Source of the DNA: Selaginella moellendorffii
Lineage: Eukaryota; Plantae; Lycopodiophyta
Direction: 5' to 3'
Assembly: GCF_000143415.4 (NCBI RefSeq)
Contig: NW_003314401.1
Location: forward strand, 248,741-312,740
DNA length: 64,000 bases
A model generated the notes under the pieces. The model ran no database searches. It was not told where the DNA came from and was given only the letters and a program-made list of their open reading frames with translations. Within the stretch, counting starts at the first letter, position 1, and every line of letters begins with the position of its first letter. Made by a program: the position numbers and the translations under genes. Of this stretch, positions 22,205 to 35,600 are shown piece by piece.

Positions 22205-24170
22205 TTCTGCACCCTGGATGAGAAAGTTGAGGAGGAGCTTCCTCTGGCGTTCGCGTCCGAGAAAGATGAACTCGAGGGGTTCAAGGTGATTCAGGAGGAG
22301 AATTACTTGATGTGATCAAGAATGAGAGGGAAGTTCTTCTCAAGGTTCAGCTGATTGAAAGAGGTATAAACGATTTCCGGGCATGTCAACAAGACTTAAT
22401 GACTGAATCTGACGAGCTTAGGAACTAGGAGAAGTCGGAGTCTCAATGAAAGGAAGGACAGGCTTACGAAGGAAATTGAGTAAAACGCAGTCAATGAAGT
22501 GGCTGCATGACGAGGCGAAACGGCTAAGCAGGAAAAGCGAGAGCTCCGTGAGTGGGTGGACAGGGAAATGGAGACCTTGGCACTTGAAAGGGAAGCTGCA
22601 TACTAGAGAGGTGATTTTGTCTAGGCTCGAAAGGGAGGGGAAGAGCTGATCAGTGATGTTGATCTGCGGCACATAATTGAACATGGCCAAGAAAGTGGGG
22701 GTGAAGAAGCAAGCAGAGGAGCGAGAATATACATGAGTTACAAGTTTAGATGGAGAAGCTGGAGGAGCAACAAGAAGCTTCTTGCAAGCATTGCAAGAAG
22801 CAGAGAGGCAGAGGAAGCTAAAGGAGGACCTAAAGATGTCAGAGCAGCAACCTTCACAAAAGGTTGGGGAAGCCATGTCCGCTTTGTCCAAAAACGATTT
22901 GCAGCTGGGAACCATGCATTTCTCAGGGTGGCGAGGGACAAAGTGCCAGTAGCAGATGTGGACCAAGCAGAACTGACAGTTGGGAAGAAGAGGCAACTGG
23001 AAGAGAGTGAAGGTAGTGAACCCCGAGGCGACAGCCAGTCGAAGGAAAAAGAAGAAACAGCGGGAAGCGTCACAGTCTGTGATGAATGGCGATCTGTACA
23101 ACTCACAAGGTAATTAGTCTAAAACACTTGTCGTCCTAATGCGCTTTACCGATTTCAGTGCAAGTAACTGGCAACACAAGGAACTTCGAAATCGCAGAAG
23201 AGTAAAGACCCCCTACGGTAAGATATCCATCCTCTTTTGTGCGTGAGGTTTTAGCCGCTTGTAACGGGAGAACAAGGATGGAACAAGGATGTAGCTACAG
23301 TAGGCAACCAAGACTTGGGGCGCACATCATCTTAAGAAGAAGGCATGAGTGAAGGGGGTGATTCGCAGACGTTTATTTGAATTATTATCGCCCATCCGCA
23401 ATGAGAATTTGATTTAATCACTATTTTAAATCTATACTCCAATAATGCCGTGTTGGGGTATGATGTCAAACTCCCACGCCATCCCCATCGTCGGGTTCTT
23501 GTGCACGATGTTTAAGTGGTATGTACGCAAATTGGCTGCCTATGTGGCTCTTTGCACTTCTTGCAAGCCAGCAGGACGCTCATGAAAAACTGGCCCAGGG
23601 TAAATCGATCTCTTCCCTTTGCTAGAGAGCTCTGGCATGCTGTCCCTTGCTGTCAAGAACCATAAGAGAGCTGACTATACGTGTCCTTTCTCAAGATCGG
23701 GTTTACAGGCAGACATCCCAGATTGAAGTGCTACACATGGCCAGCAGCTGATTGATAGGATTCTCGCCAGTCTAACTCGCATGAAATCTCCAGAGGAGTA
23801 GGATGAAGGAGCAGTCGGAGCCACATTTAATGGAGGAGACGTGGCTAGCTATCTTCTCTCCGCTGACTTTGTTCGTTCCTCCAGCTACCTGTACTCAGTG
23901 GGGAGGTGCTGAAGGCGGTGTCCGAGTCCAAACCGGTTCCCTGGAGGTGGTGCAGCGGATTTTTAAGCAAGTGTGCTGCTTCTGGCAATAGAAAGTGACA
24001 ATAAGTCTTTGTGACCAAGCTGTGTTTGGTTTCGCATTCCTCAACAGAAAGCAGATGACTTGCTCTTGGGCACTGTGGCAATTATACTGCAATGGAAGGA
24101 AACTTACGATGCACTGCTTCCCTTCCCGTGCTGATGCCAGGGCCGGATGGACAGACGAGCTTCGAGCCGT
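22205..24170 (+). pseudogene. Decayed local duplicate of the NMCP1 3' half plus the downstream NTPase-REase gene
   Basis: Collinear matches to 12508-15520 (e.g. DKVPVADVDQAELTVGKKR, QSMKWLHDE, MKEQSEPH) with many short deletions. Confidence 0.9.
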
Positions 24171-24315
24171 GCCGGTTCACATTCGAAACAGGGCAGTGAA
24201 GCTTGCCGGAGTCGCACGGCAACCGCACCACGTCACGGACGCGGATTCCAGCCGCGTAAATGGTCTTCAAAGGGATTTAATTTAAGCTAGGGTTGATACT
24301 ATTTGGCGATCGGCG

Positions 24316-24777
24316 ATGGCTTCCAGTGGCGACGAGGCCTATGCGGCTGCCTATCAACGATACGCGGAGGCGGGGTTTGTGTCCGGCGGCGGCGACGAGG
24401 AGGGGTGGCAGTCGGGTTTGTGCGATTGCTTGACGGACATCCCCACTTGTGTCTTGGGCTGTTTGTGCCCCTGTGTGGCGCTGGGAAGGAACGTGGAGAT
24501 TCTCGACGGGGGCCAGACTTCGTGCGTGGCTGCCTGTCTGCTCTGGTTCCTCCTCCAGTCGTGCCTGTGCGGATGCGCATACTCGTGCTGGTACAGGCGC
24601 AAGCTGCGATCCGTGTTCCACCTCCCAGAGTCTCCTCTCTGTGACTGCTGCGTCCACTGCCTGTGCTTCCCCTGCGCCTTCTGTCAAGAGGCCCGAGAGA
24701 TCGACTTGCGCAGCAAGAGGCTTGTGGCCACCCTGCCTCCCCAGCGCCAGTACTTCACCAGGACGTGCTCCTTCTAG
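24316..24777 (+). CDS. PLAC8 / plant cadmium resistance family protein
   Basis: WQSGLCDC...CLCPCV...RRKLR...DCCVHCLCFPCAFCQEAREI. Confidence 0.93.
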   Translation: MASSGDEAYAAAYQRYAEAGFVSGGGDEEGWQSGLCDCLTDIPTCVLGCLCPCVALGRNVEILDGGQTSCVAACLLWFLLQSCLCGCAYSCWYRRKLRSVFHLPESPLCDCCVHCLCFPCAFCQEAREIDLRSKRLVATLPPQRQYFTRTCSF

Positions 24778-26766
24778 CGCTTCTTCGACTGCTTCCTCTT
24801 TCCAGCCACATAGCCACCATCGTCTGCCTCATCGTCGTCGCCGTTCCGCCGCTTCTTGGATTTCTTGGACGCGTCCTTCTCTCGGATGTGCTGCACACAC
24901 ACAAGAAAATGTAATCCAACCAACCAGTACATAGAATAAAGAAGAGTACAAACCATTGCAGCTAGTCTCTGCGCCTCACTGACGCGCTCCTCGAGTAACA
25001 AGACCTCGTCCGCCTTTGCTGGAAACTCGGGGAGAGTCATGCCTGACAAGCAGTGTTAGAACAAACAAGAGGTCCATGATCACTTACCAATCAAGTCCTC
25101 TATCCTCTTGTACAGGTCCACGTCGTACTGGGTGACAATGGATATTGCACGCCCGGACCTCCCAGCTCGGGCCGTTCTTCCTACGCGATGTATGTAATCC
25201 TGCAAAAGCCAGGGGAGAGAAAGGGAGAGTCAGGAGCAGCTGATAATATCTTATGAAACTTGCCTTGGAGTTTGTTGGTATGTCGTAGTTGATGACCACA
25301 TCCACAGATGGGATGTCGAGGCCACGACTGGCGACGTCAGTACATATGAGCAGGTTTCTGTCGCCAGCTTTGAACTTCAACAAGGCACCCGAGCGCTTGG
25401 ACTGCACAAGAGGAAACCTGTGAGCTCATCTCTGTTTGGTTGGATAGACGAACCAAGACCCCTTACCTGGCTCATCTGGCCGCTGATGGGGATAGCACCG
25501 AATCCAAGGCTACGGAGAATCAATGCCAGCCGCCTCGTGCTGTCACAGGTTCTTGTGAAAACCATTGCCGTACTCCCCGCCATCTCGTTTAGCAGGAATA
25601 CAAAGTAACAGTCCTGGCCAATGTGGACAAGAGACAAAACTCAAACAGCAAGAACACGGGTGCAAACCTTGTGCTTGGCAGGAACAAAGACATACTCTTG
25701 TTTCAGGGTAAGAGCGGTAGTGTATTTGGAGGAGACTTCCACCTGCAATGCACTTGTCTCAAGTATCTGGCAACCGCAAACAGGCAACACAAACCTTTGT
25801 CGGATTTCGAAGACAGGCTCGTTGAAGTTTTGCCACCTGCTCGTACGTTGAACATGAACGGAACGAGAAAAAAGCAGGAGACAAAGCGCACCTTGTTTGT
25901 CATTGTAGCAGAGAAGAGGAACGTCTTCCTCTCCCGAGGGACAACCTTGAGGATCTCATCGACCTCCTTCTCGAAATCGTTGTGCAGGATCTTGTCCGCT
26001 TCATCAAGCACCTGATCACAAAGAAGCACGGACCTTAAGGGAAGAAAAGGTGTGTCATGTCATCTTTACCAGGTACTTGACGTTTCGCAAGCTAAAGCCT
26101 TTTGTGTTTGTGAGGTGATCCAGCAGCCTTCCAGGTGTGGCTACCTGGTGGAAAGAGGAGTGTCGTAAGAAAGCTCGGTGCTTGCGTGCAGAGAACATAC
26201 CACAATATGCGGGTTCTTGCCCAGCGCAACAGCCTGATCCACCATAGAGACGCCTCCAACAATCTGTCCACGAGCAAGCACGCAACAAGGAACTGACGAA
26301 AACAGGTGATAGAGCAACTCTTACAGCCACGCTCCTGACGCCGATTTGTGATCCTAGCGCTTCAAACTGCTCCGATATCTGGATGGCCAGCTCCCTGCAT
26401 TTGATGATCCATCCAGGTAATTAGTTCTCCTCGCCTGTGCTCTCTTACCTGGTGGGAGACAGGACGCACGCAAAGAATGGGTGGCATTGCTGGAACAGCG
26501 CTTGAAGTATAGGCAGCGCGAAAGCCGCTGTCTTCCCGGATCCAGTCTGCGCGAGGCCGATCAAGTCCCGGCCTGTCAGCAACAAGCGTGGAGAGATTGA
26601 ACACACACGCGCACGAACAAGACACACACAAACCTTGCAGAGCCAGCGGGAGCGCCTCCACCTGGATGGGCGTGGGTGCCTTCCATCCGAGCTTGGTGCA
26701 GGCGTCTACAAGCTCCTCGCGCACTCCCAGCTCCCCAAAGCTGGGCACCGCCGCCGCCGCTGCCAT
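24774..26766 (-). CDS. RH10: DEAD-box RNA helicase, DDX47/Rrp3 type, multi-exon
   Basis: Q motif [49 protein letters not shown]. Confidence 0.92.
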
Positions 26767-26807
26767 ACACACTAGAGCTTCTTAGGGATCCTGTTTAGGG
26801 TTCCCCG

Positions 26808-27230
26808 ATGGAGTTTTGCCCGACATGCTCGAGCCTGCTGCTGGTGGAGCACGCTGGCAGGCTGAGATACTTTTGCCCCACCTGTGCATACATTTTCGGC
26901 GTGGACCTCAAGGTTTGCTCTCCTGCTTTCTCTCCTCGTTCACGCCTCTTCCCTCTCAGATCAGCAAGCCGATCCCTCTCAAGAACAAGGAGGTTGACGA
27001 CGTTATGGGGGGAGAAGACGCATGGAAGAATTGCGATCGCACACCAGGTATGTGTGTGTGAATGAGCTCTGAGCTTCTTACAACCGTGGGGCTGGACAGT
27101 TACCTGTGCCAAGTGCAACTATGGGCATGCCTACTTTATGCTGGTCCAGATCAGATCGGCGGACGAGCCAAGCACAGCCTTTTACAGGTGCTGCAATCCA
27201 AACTGCTCGTTCCGGTGGAGAGAAGACTAA
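26808..27230 (+). CDS. RPC11: RNA polymerase III subunit C11 (RPC10/RPC11), 3 exons
   Basis: MEFCPTC...FCPTC; KEVDDVMGGEDAW; CAKC...QIRSADEPST.FYRC...WRED*. Confidence 0.95.
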
Positions 27231-27252
27231 ACTTATTCTCAAAAAAGGCCCT

Positions 27253-27784
27253 CTAGTGAGTGCTCCAGTCTTCCCTCCCCCAATCTTTTACAACCACAAC
27301 CTGATCAAAGCCCGAATGAGAAGAGTTGCAAGATCTGAATATAAAAGATACAAACCTCGGCTGGGAGAGGTGGGTTTCTTGCATACGTTACGCCTTCAGG
27401 GGACCAAGGAACTGTAGATTGGACGAAATGTTGGTGAGCACACAAACATTGGAGAAAAACAAACCTGCGTATGGCTCTGGATGCTGGAACTTCTTGAACT
27501 CGGCCTCTCCCTTGACAATGAGCCTCTCTATTGCATCCACATCTACCACATCCTTGTTGACATCGAATCTGGCTCTCAGCTTAGATGCCTGCACAAGCAC
27601 ACAAGAAGAAGAATGCACGCTTGGATCGCAACACGCCTCCTCACCTCCTTGTAGAAGGGCTCCCGGAATATGACCCAATCAAGGGTATGGTGGAGCGCCT
27701 TCCTGTAGAGCCGACACACCCGTCTCCTCTGGGCATCTCGCCGGGCCGCAAGTGATGCCAAACCAGCGATCGTTAAAGAGGCAC

Positions 27785-27788
<4 letters not shown>
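27253..27788 (-). CDS. NDUFB9: Mitochondrial complex I B22 subunit (LYR family), 4 exons
   Basis: RLYRKAL...LRARFD.NK...GEAEFKKFQHPEPY / VPWSPEG..YARNPP / ...WGREDWSTH*. Confidence 0.92.
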
Positions 27789-27819
<31 letters not shown>

Positions 27820-27901
27820 CTTCAACAAGAGTTAAATTGACTCTCTACTTAGGGCTTCCTAGGTACTTATCTTGTCCCAGCCATACATTCCAGTTTTTAT
27901 C

Positions 27902-28725
27902 ATGCTGCTGAGCCGCTCTTCTTCTTCTTGCCATGGCCGTCCTCGTCCTCAGCTCAAGGTGGGATCCTCCTCGCCCATCAAATGCTCCGCTGTGCCCAAC
28001 GCTCCCAACAAACGAGCCAACAGAATGATTGAATGGAGCTCTCCGGACGAAGGATGGATCCGATTTGACAAAGATGATGATCCGGATAAGGAGGGCCAAG
28101 GAGGAGGAAGGGCAGCAGCTGAAGCAGCAGCAGCAACACAAGAGGGCAAAGACGATCAAGCTGGACTGGACGACACCATTACGGATCTCATAGCACACGT
28201 ATCGGGAACACATTACGAGTGAGTAAAACCGAAGCCCACCATTGACTGTGTGTGATCTTGCGGTTTCGCTTGTGGATCCACAGGTTCTTGGGGATCACAC
28301 CTGAAGCTGACACAGAGGAAATTAAAGTGGCTTATAGGAAGCTGTCTAAGCAGTACCATCCTGACTCCACCACACTCCCTCTAGAGGTAGCGGGAAAGAA
28401 ATTTCTCCGTCTCAAGGAAGCGTACAACGTGTTGAGCAGCGAGGACGACAGGAAGCTCTACGATTGGCACTTGGCGCAGGAGGCATCCAAAGCGAGAGGG
28501 GGCAGATTCATCTGGCCTTACGAAGTGGATAGAAGCCAGCTCAGAGAAAGCAGCAAGCCTCCAAAATGGAAAACCGAGTGGCAGCCCAAGCTAGACCCAA
28601 TTGAAGTGCTCGACGGGAAGAATCTCAAGCTGAGCGACCAGCAACAGACAGCACTTGCGTTTGATCTCTTTGCCATCCTTGTGTCTGTTGCCACTATGAT
28701 TTACGTTGGCTTCTTTAAACATTGA
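27902..28725 (+). CDS. ndhU: Chloroplast J-domain NDH subunit U (CRRL-like), 2 exons
   Basis: Transit peptide; HYEFLG...AYRKLSKQYHPD.TTLPL...YDW.LAQE; GKNLKLSDQQQTALAFDL + TM helix. Confidence 0.85.
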
Positions 28726-29694
28726 CCACCTATGAGTGGCCGACTATAGATGATCGCAATTAAAGTAAGTTTAAAAGGAGTTAAAGTGCTGCAGCCACGC
28801 CGGCCAACTCGACGTGCATGCTACTGCTTCACTTCCACGCAGCTATTCCTTCCAGAGGAACTCAAGGCTGCAAATATGTGTTCCCAGGATGAGACCGACA
28901 TTGTTGTTCATGTGGATGGACATGAGTTTCACTTTCGTTTTTTGTGGGTGGTGCTGAGTTAAGCTTTGGCATCATTCTTGGTTTGAATTGAATCAAGCCT
29001 TGAATTCTCTCCCTTTTGCTTTGTTTTTTATAGTGTTTCTCCTACACCTCTCACTTTTATTCCCTTTCATTTTTTTTCTTCAACCTCTGCTTTTATCTCT
29101 TTTATTTCTCTATTGTTCTTCCTTCGTGTTCCTCAGTTCCTTTGATCTTTGAGTGACACTTGGCACCCGTTGCCTGGTACAGCAGTATGGGATGATGGAG
29201 TACGGCCAGATTTCCATGGGGGGCTACTCAACGGTGTGAAGCTTTACCCCGGAAAGCAGGGCTGTCTCTGGGTGAGGGGAGACGATGTGCTCACTACTGT
29301 GTGTAGCAAGGATTGGTTTGTGGACATGAGGCACCTAGTTAGACGTGAAAAGGAGATTATCAGGGTTACCTAGTTACATGTGAAAAGGCAAGTGCAACTA
29401 GGTTCCTGGAGGCCATCGCTCTCCATTGTCCAAGAGGTTGCAGTTGTGGGCAGGATGCCAACGTGTTCATCCAGAAACTTGCACCAGAGTGGAGATAGAC
29501 TAATCAAAGAAGAACAAAAATAAAAGACTCAAAAGAGTCATTACCATTGCATTTTTTTTAAAAAACTACACTTGAACGAATTAATGCATTTAAGAATACA
29601 AGTGAATAGGCATGAAAATCCACCTTTTAGACCATTTACAATCTGCATGAATACAAAGGCAAGGACTAACAATTTTTGATTTTTTTGTGTTTCA

Positions 29695-31055
29695 ATTCTG
29701 AACTTCCTCATGAGTTGCCTCTGTTACGAGGTGTGGAGCATGGGATTACATTGGAGTCGGGGATGCGGCCAATTTACCGGCATCCATTTCGGTTAAGTTA
29801 TGTGGAAGAGCAAGAAGTTCAACAACAAGTCAAGGAGTTACTTGAATTTGGATTTATTCAACCAAGTAAGTCTCTATTTGGTGCTCCGGTCTTACTTGTG
29901 AAGAAGAAAGATAGTTTAATGCAGATGTGTATTAACTACCGCACTTTAAACAAGAAGACAGTGAAAGATAAAATGCCGATGCCACATGTGGATGATATTC
30001 TAGACAAGCTTAGTGAAGCACGAGTGTTTACTAAGATTGATATAAGGAGTGGATATCATCAAATTGCAATGGATGATGCATCTATTTCCAAGACGGCGTG
30101 CAATACAAACTTTGAACATTTTGAGTTTACAATTATACTGTTTGGTTTGATGAATGCACCAGCCACATTTACTCAGTTGATGACGGAGGCATTTGGGTGT
30201 TATCTTCATGAGTTTGTGGAGATTTTCTTGGACAATATTCTTGTTTTTAGCAAGAATATGGGGAGCATAAGATGCATTTGCGCAAGGTTCTTTTGTTACT
30301 CCGAGACAACAAACTTCATGCGAATAAGAGCAAATGTGAGTTTGCAAAGTCGGAGGTGGAATATCTAGGCCATATTGTGACATCAAAACAGATCCAAGGA
30401 AGGTGGCTGTGGTGGAAAATTGGCCTACACTGACTACAGTGGCTGAGTTGTATAGTTTTCTTGGTATGACTAGTTACTACTAATGTTTCCAGCATAAATT
30501 TGCAGAGGTGGCTATTCCTTTGACACGGTTGTTACGCAAGAATATACCATTCGAGTGAAAGAAGCCATAAGAGGAGAGTTTTGTGGTGTTGCAATGATTG
30601 TTGAACGAGACTCTAGTGCTTCACATTGCTGATCCATTGAAACCTTACGAGGTGACATGCGATGCAAGTGGTTATGCACTGGGAGGAGTTCTCATGCAAG
30701 AGGGATAGCCTATTGCATATGAGAGTCAAACTTTGAATTCTGTGGAGCAACACTATTCCATATATGAGCAAGAATTACTCTCTATTGTTCATGCTTTATG
30801 GACGTAGCGGCACTATCTTTATGGTGCAGTGTTTGTGGTGTTAACAGATCACAAACCACTTATGTATCTTTTCACACAGAAGGAGTTGAATTCTAGGCAA
30901 GCTCATTGGATGGTCAAGCTTATGGACCTTTACTTATTCCTCAAATCCGTTAGTGTAGTGTCTCTATGGACTTCATCACTTGTTTGCCATGAACACAGAG
31001 GAAAAAGGAGCAAGTATGGGTCATAGTGGATTGGTTGACGAAGTATGTGCGGTTG
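29695..31055 (+). mobile_element. Degenerate Ty3/gypsy pol fragment (RT, RNase H, start of integrase)
   Basis: SLFGAPVLLVKKKD, KIDIRSGYHQI, FGLMNAPATF, FLDNIL, DASGYALGGVL, TDHKPL; many stops. Confidence 0.9.
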
Positions 31056-32687
31056 TAAGCTCTATTTCGTTAAAGTGGGATTTATTCAGTAAAATGGGAC
31101 TAGGTACAAATTTTCAAGTATTTGAAAATGACGTGAAATTATATGTTTTTTGTCCAGGGGCTAGACATATCTGGGGCATGGTGACTAGCGCGGTGACTTT
31201 GTGTCCAGACTGAGTCCATCTGGTTGTATAATAAATCTCATTGTCAAGGTGAACAAGCCGAATCTGAAGCTAAAGAAGAGCGATGGCATGCGCGCACACA
31301 CTATTTGTTTGTTCATTGAGCGTGTGGTGAGCTTTCCAAGATGAACATCATTCTTATTAGCTAGACATATAACTTAATGGTGAGAACATTTAGATATTAT
31401 TCAATGTTATTTTTTTCTAACAAATCTAATTGTAAAGGTGTAGCAAGAGGCATTGCTAGTATGGAGAAGTCATTTAACTCATTTGACCCTTAGTGTATTT
31501 TCATGAAACTAAATAACATTCATATTATTAAGGAATTTCTCTAGTACCTTTTTTTTACGACATAGAGGCTTGCATTTCTTTCAAAGGTGATTTAGTAAAA
31601 GGCCTGAGGGCACATGCCATTCTATTTCTCAAACCGGTATTAAGATATACTAGTGCAAAGGGAAAAAGGTATTTGGTGATCAAGTAAATGGCATGAGGGC
31701 ACACGCCATTATAAGCCTAAGCGCTAGTGGACACCTCCTTTTTGGTACTCTCAGCAGTACTATCATCCTTCTCCGGGTCAGTTGTTTTGCTTTGGATTGT
31801 TGTCTCTGACGTTACTGGGGCGTTCTCGATAGTTGTTAATGTTGCCGTTTGTTCAGAAAAATGATCACCTGGAGTATAGTACGGGGAGTTTGGAAGACTT
31901 ATATATTCTACATCTTCACCTATCTCCTTCTCCGTTTCCTTTTCTGCCTCACTTACAGATTTTGTGCTTGCCATGAGAATGCTCTTCACCCTAAAATATG
32001 GAGTTCGTTGTGTTATAAAAGGAAACCAACACACACGCTGCAAGGGAATGATGGTACATAAAGCATGTAAGCCCACAATATGGGTTTATGTGCCATTAAT
32101 ATAGGCCACACGCCATATTATTAGATTTATGCACGTGTGATTGGTAAATGTATATGTCACATCATCTTTGTTTTACCTCACACACTATATCAGGCCTAAT
32201 GAACCATATCACATGTGCGCACATGCTATATATATGGAGAAGTATTATGCAAGGATAGAAAAATTCAATGCATGATTGTGGAGAGCAATGGCATGAAGCC
32301 ACATGCTAAATAACATTTTAGAGAAAGAATTAAAATAGAAACATGCAAACAGTACTGAGTGGACCAAGACTTAGAAGTGCACAATTGAATGAGGTATTTC
32401 TAATAAATATTTCACTCACCTCATATAGGAATGGCTACCACTCTCAAATGGCGTATTGCCTCATGCCATCACCTCGCAATTTGTTATAACAATCCAATGA
32501 ATTCATATTCGGCTTGTTCACCTTAAACTTTAAGTAAGATTTGCTAGAACAACTAAGAATTTATACTTGTTATTTGTATCATCTCACCTAGGAATGGCGT
32601 AAGGCCACATGCCATCACGCCTCCTCTGATTTAGATTCGGATTGTTCACCTTGAAATAAAATACATTAGAAACTTAGTAAAGGAATA

Positions 32688-35600
32688 TTAATAAATCTCA
32701 CCTTGAACCCGGGTTATGAATGCTCTTGCTGCATCTCTTGCATGGTCTAGCAAGGTGATGGTGGCACTCTGCTTCCGCATCCAACCATGCACAACATTAT
32801 CCACCGATATGCTCATGCTGGGATCCCTTGGATTCAGCACCCATCTCTTTTCTAGGCAATCCTTCGTATATCCGGAACTTGGCTTGAACCACTCCACAGT
32901 TACATTGAAGGAGTTAGTTTCCGCGTCCTCCTCTGCATCAGTGATGCAGCGCCCCACCCATATCATTTGTTTTTTATTACTGGGTCTGACAAACACGACC
33001 ATTCCTTTGCAGACCTGTACTGGATTGAATGCTGAATCCGGCTTCTTGTTCCTCGGCCCACAATAGTGATCCTCAACATCGTTATCTGTCACTGCATTTC
33101 CAGAGGACATTGTTCCGCTACTATCTGGTGCTCTGGGTTCTGGCCAAAAGGACTCTTCCAATTCTTCATATACAACCGGCCCATTTTGGATAGCAAATAT
33201 AATCTTCTCCCAGTATTCGAGCAAAGGCTTGCACCTCTGAAAATAGGATTCTCCACCAAACACCAACCCCCTCTTCCAGAAGGCAATATGCTGTCTAATC
33301 CCGGCCACTATACTTTCCTGGTCTTTGAGTCCATCCGGGTGCATCGGCCGTGGGGAACCCTGAGGAATCATAGGTTCCCCAGTTATGGGATCTCTCTTGA
33401 AGAGTTCAATGCCGTCCACTGGCAGCCACACTGTGTCCCATTCTCTCATCTTGTACCTCATCACTAGAGCACCGTCACGCATGCTGAAATGAAACTGAAG
33501 AGGCTTGGAGTGGCCAATCAGCGTTTCGGATCCGTCCCTGATGTAGCCTCTTACAAACCCCTTAAAGTCTGGAACCTCTGTCACAAGTGCAGCTTCAACA
33601 GTGCCTTTGATGCAATTTTGGAATTCATCGTAGAGTTGTGGGAGGGTGAGGACATTGGATCGCCGGAGGGACTCTACCAGGTGACTGAACATGGCATCGA
33701 CGTCTTCATGAGTGTGCCCAACCATGAGAAAGCCAAGTGTAACCATTTCAAATATGCCTTTGGCAACAAGCATCGCCAAGTATGCGAAGACGTACATGTT
33801 TTTGTTCTCACTGCCAGCATTGTCTGTTTGGAGCAGAAGATGGGGTGGAAGGCCACATCGGCCGCAAGAACTTCCTTGAGATTCTGCTTCGTTTGGATGA
33901 GGCTGTGCATTCACCGGGCGACCAGCCTCGTCGGAATGGCATGAGGCCTCACGTGATAACCCTACAATCTGACGGCCAACATATTCATTGGGATGGCATG
34001 GGGCCCCACGCGATACTGCAAGCCTTTGCTCCTCCTCCAGCTGAACCCTGTATGGGGTTCGATCGACAAGGGCCTTATGCAAGGGTTGGCCGTTCAGCTC
34101 AGTCTGCGCACTTTGCAGAGACCTTAAGTGTTTTGCTAGGGACACAATCATCATGTTTGCACCCCCGCCACCCCATAGAGGTACAAAGAAGTTCCCATAG
34201 TTCTGGGCACCATGCCCATGAGCGATTATTACAAACAGAGACACAGGCAGCTGCATGGATGAAGAGACTGCCTTGGGGGCAGGATTGAGTCGAGGTAAGC
34301 AGTTCTTTTTCTGGTCCATTTTGTCGTGGATGATGCAGAGGTAAGAGTCAGGTCTCTCCATGGAGAGAATCCTGTTATGATAATATGTAGTCCTGCAGCT
34401 TCTCTGCTCGATGTTGTGGTCGAGCCGCCTTCTAACCAATGTCTCTCGCTCTTAAGCGCTGCAAGAATTCTTCGACAAAGCCATTTTGATAGCAGTGCCC
34501 TCGTCACACTTTGAAAAGCTGGAGTACTTTCCTATACTCACATCCCTGAACCTGTTGCTCCACAATCTACTAAATCTAGATTGGCTCAGCTTCCTGTAGC
34601 CATTACTCTGGAGTTCCCGATTCACATCTTCCAATATGGCCCCCTTGGTATACATGGAAGGGAGAACTCGTTGGGTGTCTCGTGTTCCATCTTCCAAGAG
34701 GCGGGTTTTATGTGGTTGCTGCTCGCTACATGTCTCGACAAACCTCTTGAAGATTGCCTCTCCATATACAACATAACCCCTGGTTTTGTGTGTACCGTCG
34801 TTCCCATGGACTGCCTGTTGAACCCTTTGTTCCTCGAACTCAGTTTTGATTCTGTAGAATGTGGTTCGAGGGACTCCATAAATGTTCATGCAGACCAAAC
34901 CCCTCTGGAAGACCATGCCCCCCACCTGATGTTCTGAAGCATCAACAGATGACCGTAATGCCTCATACACAAAATTGCGAGCTGCCTTCCAGGACAATGT
35001 CTTGTATCTTGCTCTCTCCTCTTCAATAGCATCCCAATCAGCATGTTGACAGCACCTCCTCTTGCAACAAGCAACTGTCGAGACCATTCGAACCTCCATC
35101 GCCATTTTCTACCTTTTCGGTTCGTTGCTCAGATCCCTTTGGCTGCGCTTTAGGAAGGTGTACTTTCTTTTCCCATGAAGAGATGTTTTGTCATCAGTTA
35201 TAGTGGTGTTTGATTGTGAATCCTTCACATTCTCAAACACTAAGTGCCTCAATTTCCACCGCACAATGCTTCCAATAGTCAGACTGTTTTCTTCTGTGTC
35301 AACAACCTTTAAAATCGCAACTCCAATATCATCCCAGCCCAATTCTTGATTAGCAACCGCATCTCTTGGATCAACAACTGTGGCTAAGCCCTCAGCTACC
35401 ACCTCCCCCTCGGGGTTGTTTAGAAACAGCTTTGCCTGAATCCATGTAGCACAGTTCTTAAGATCTACGGAGGGAACATGCGTCGCACTTGTGCTGTCCC
35501 CAACATCTGCTTTCTTCTGAAGATTTTTCAAGGCAACAACAACATTTACCCCGACGACCATCTCTCCTCGTTCAATAGCGACCACATTCCCATCGAAGAC

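Noticed and set aside
28880-28935. DIVVHVDGHEFH, BTB/NPH3-like snippet
   Set aside because: Too short to support a feature
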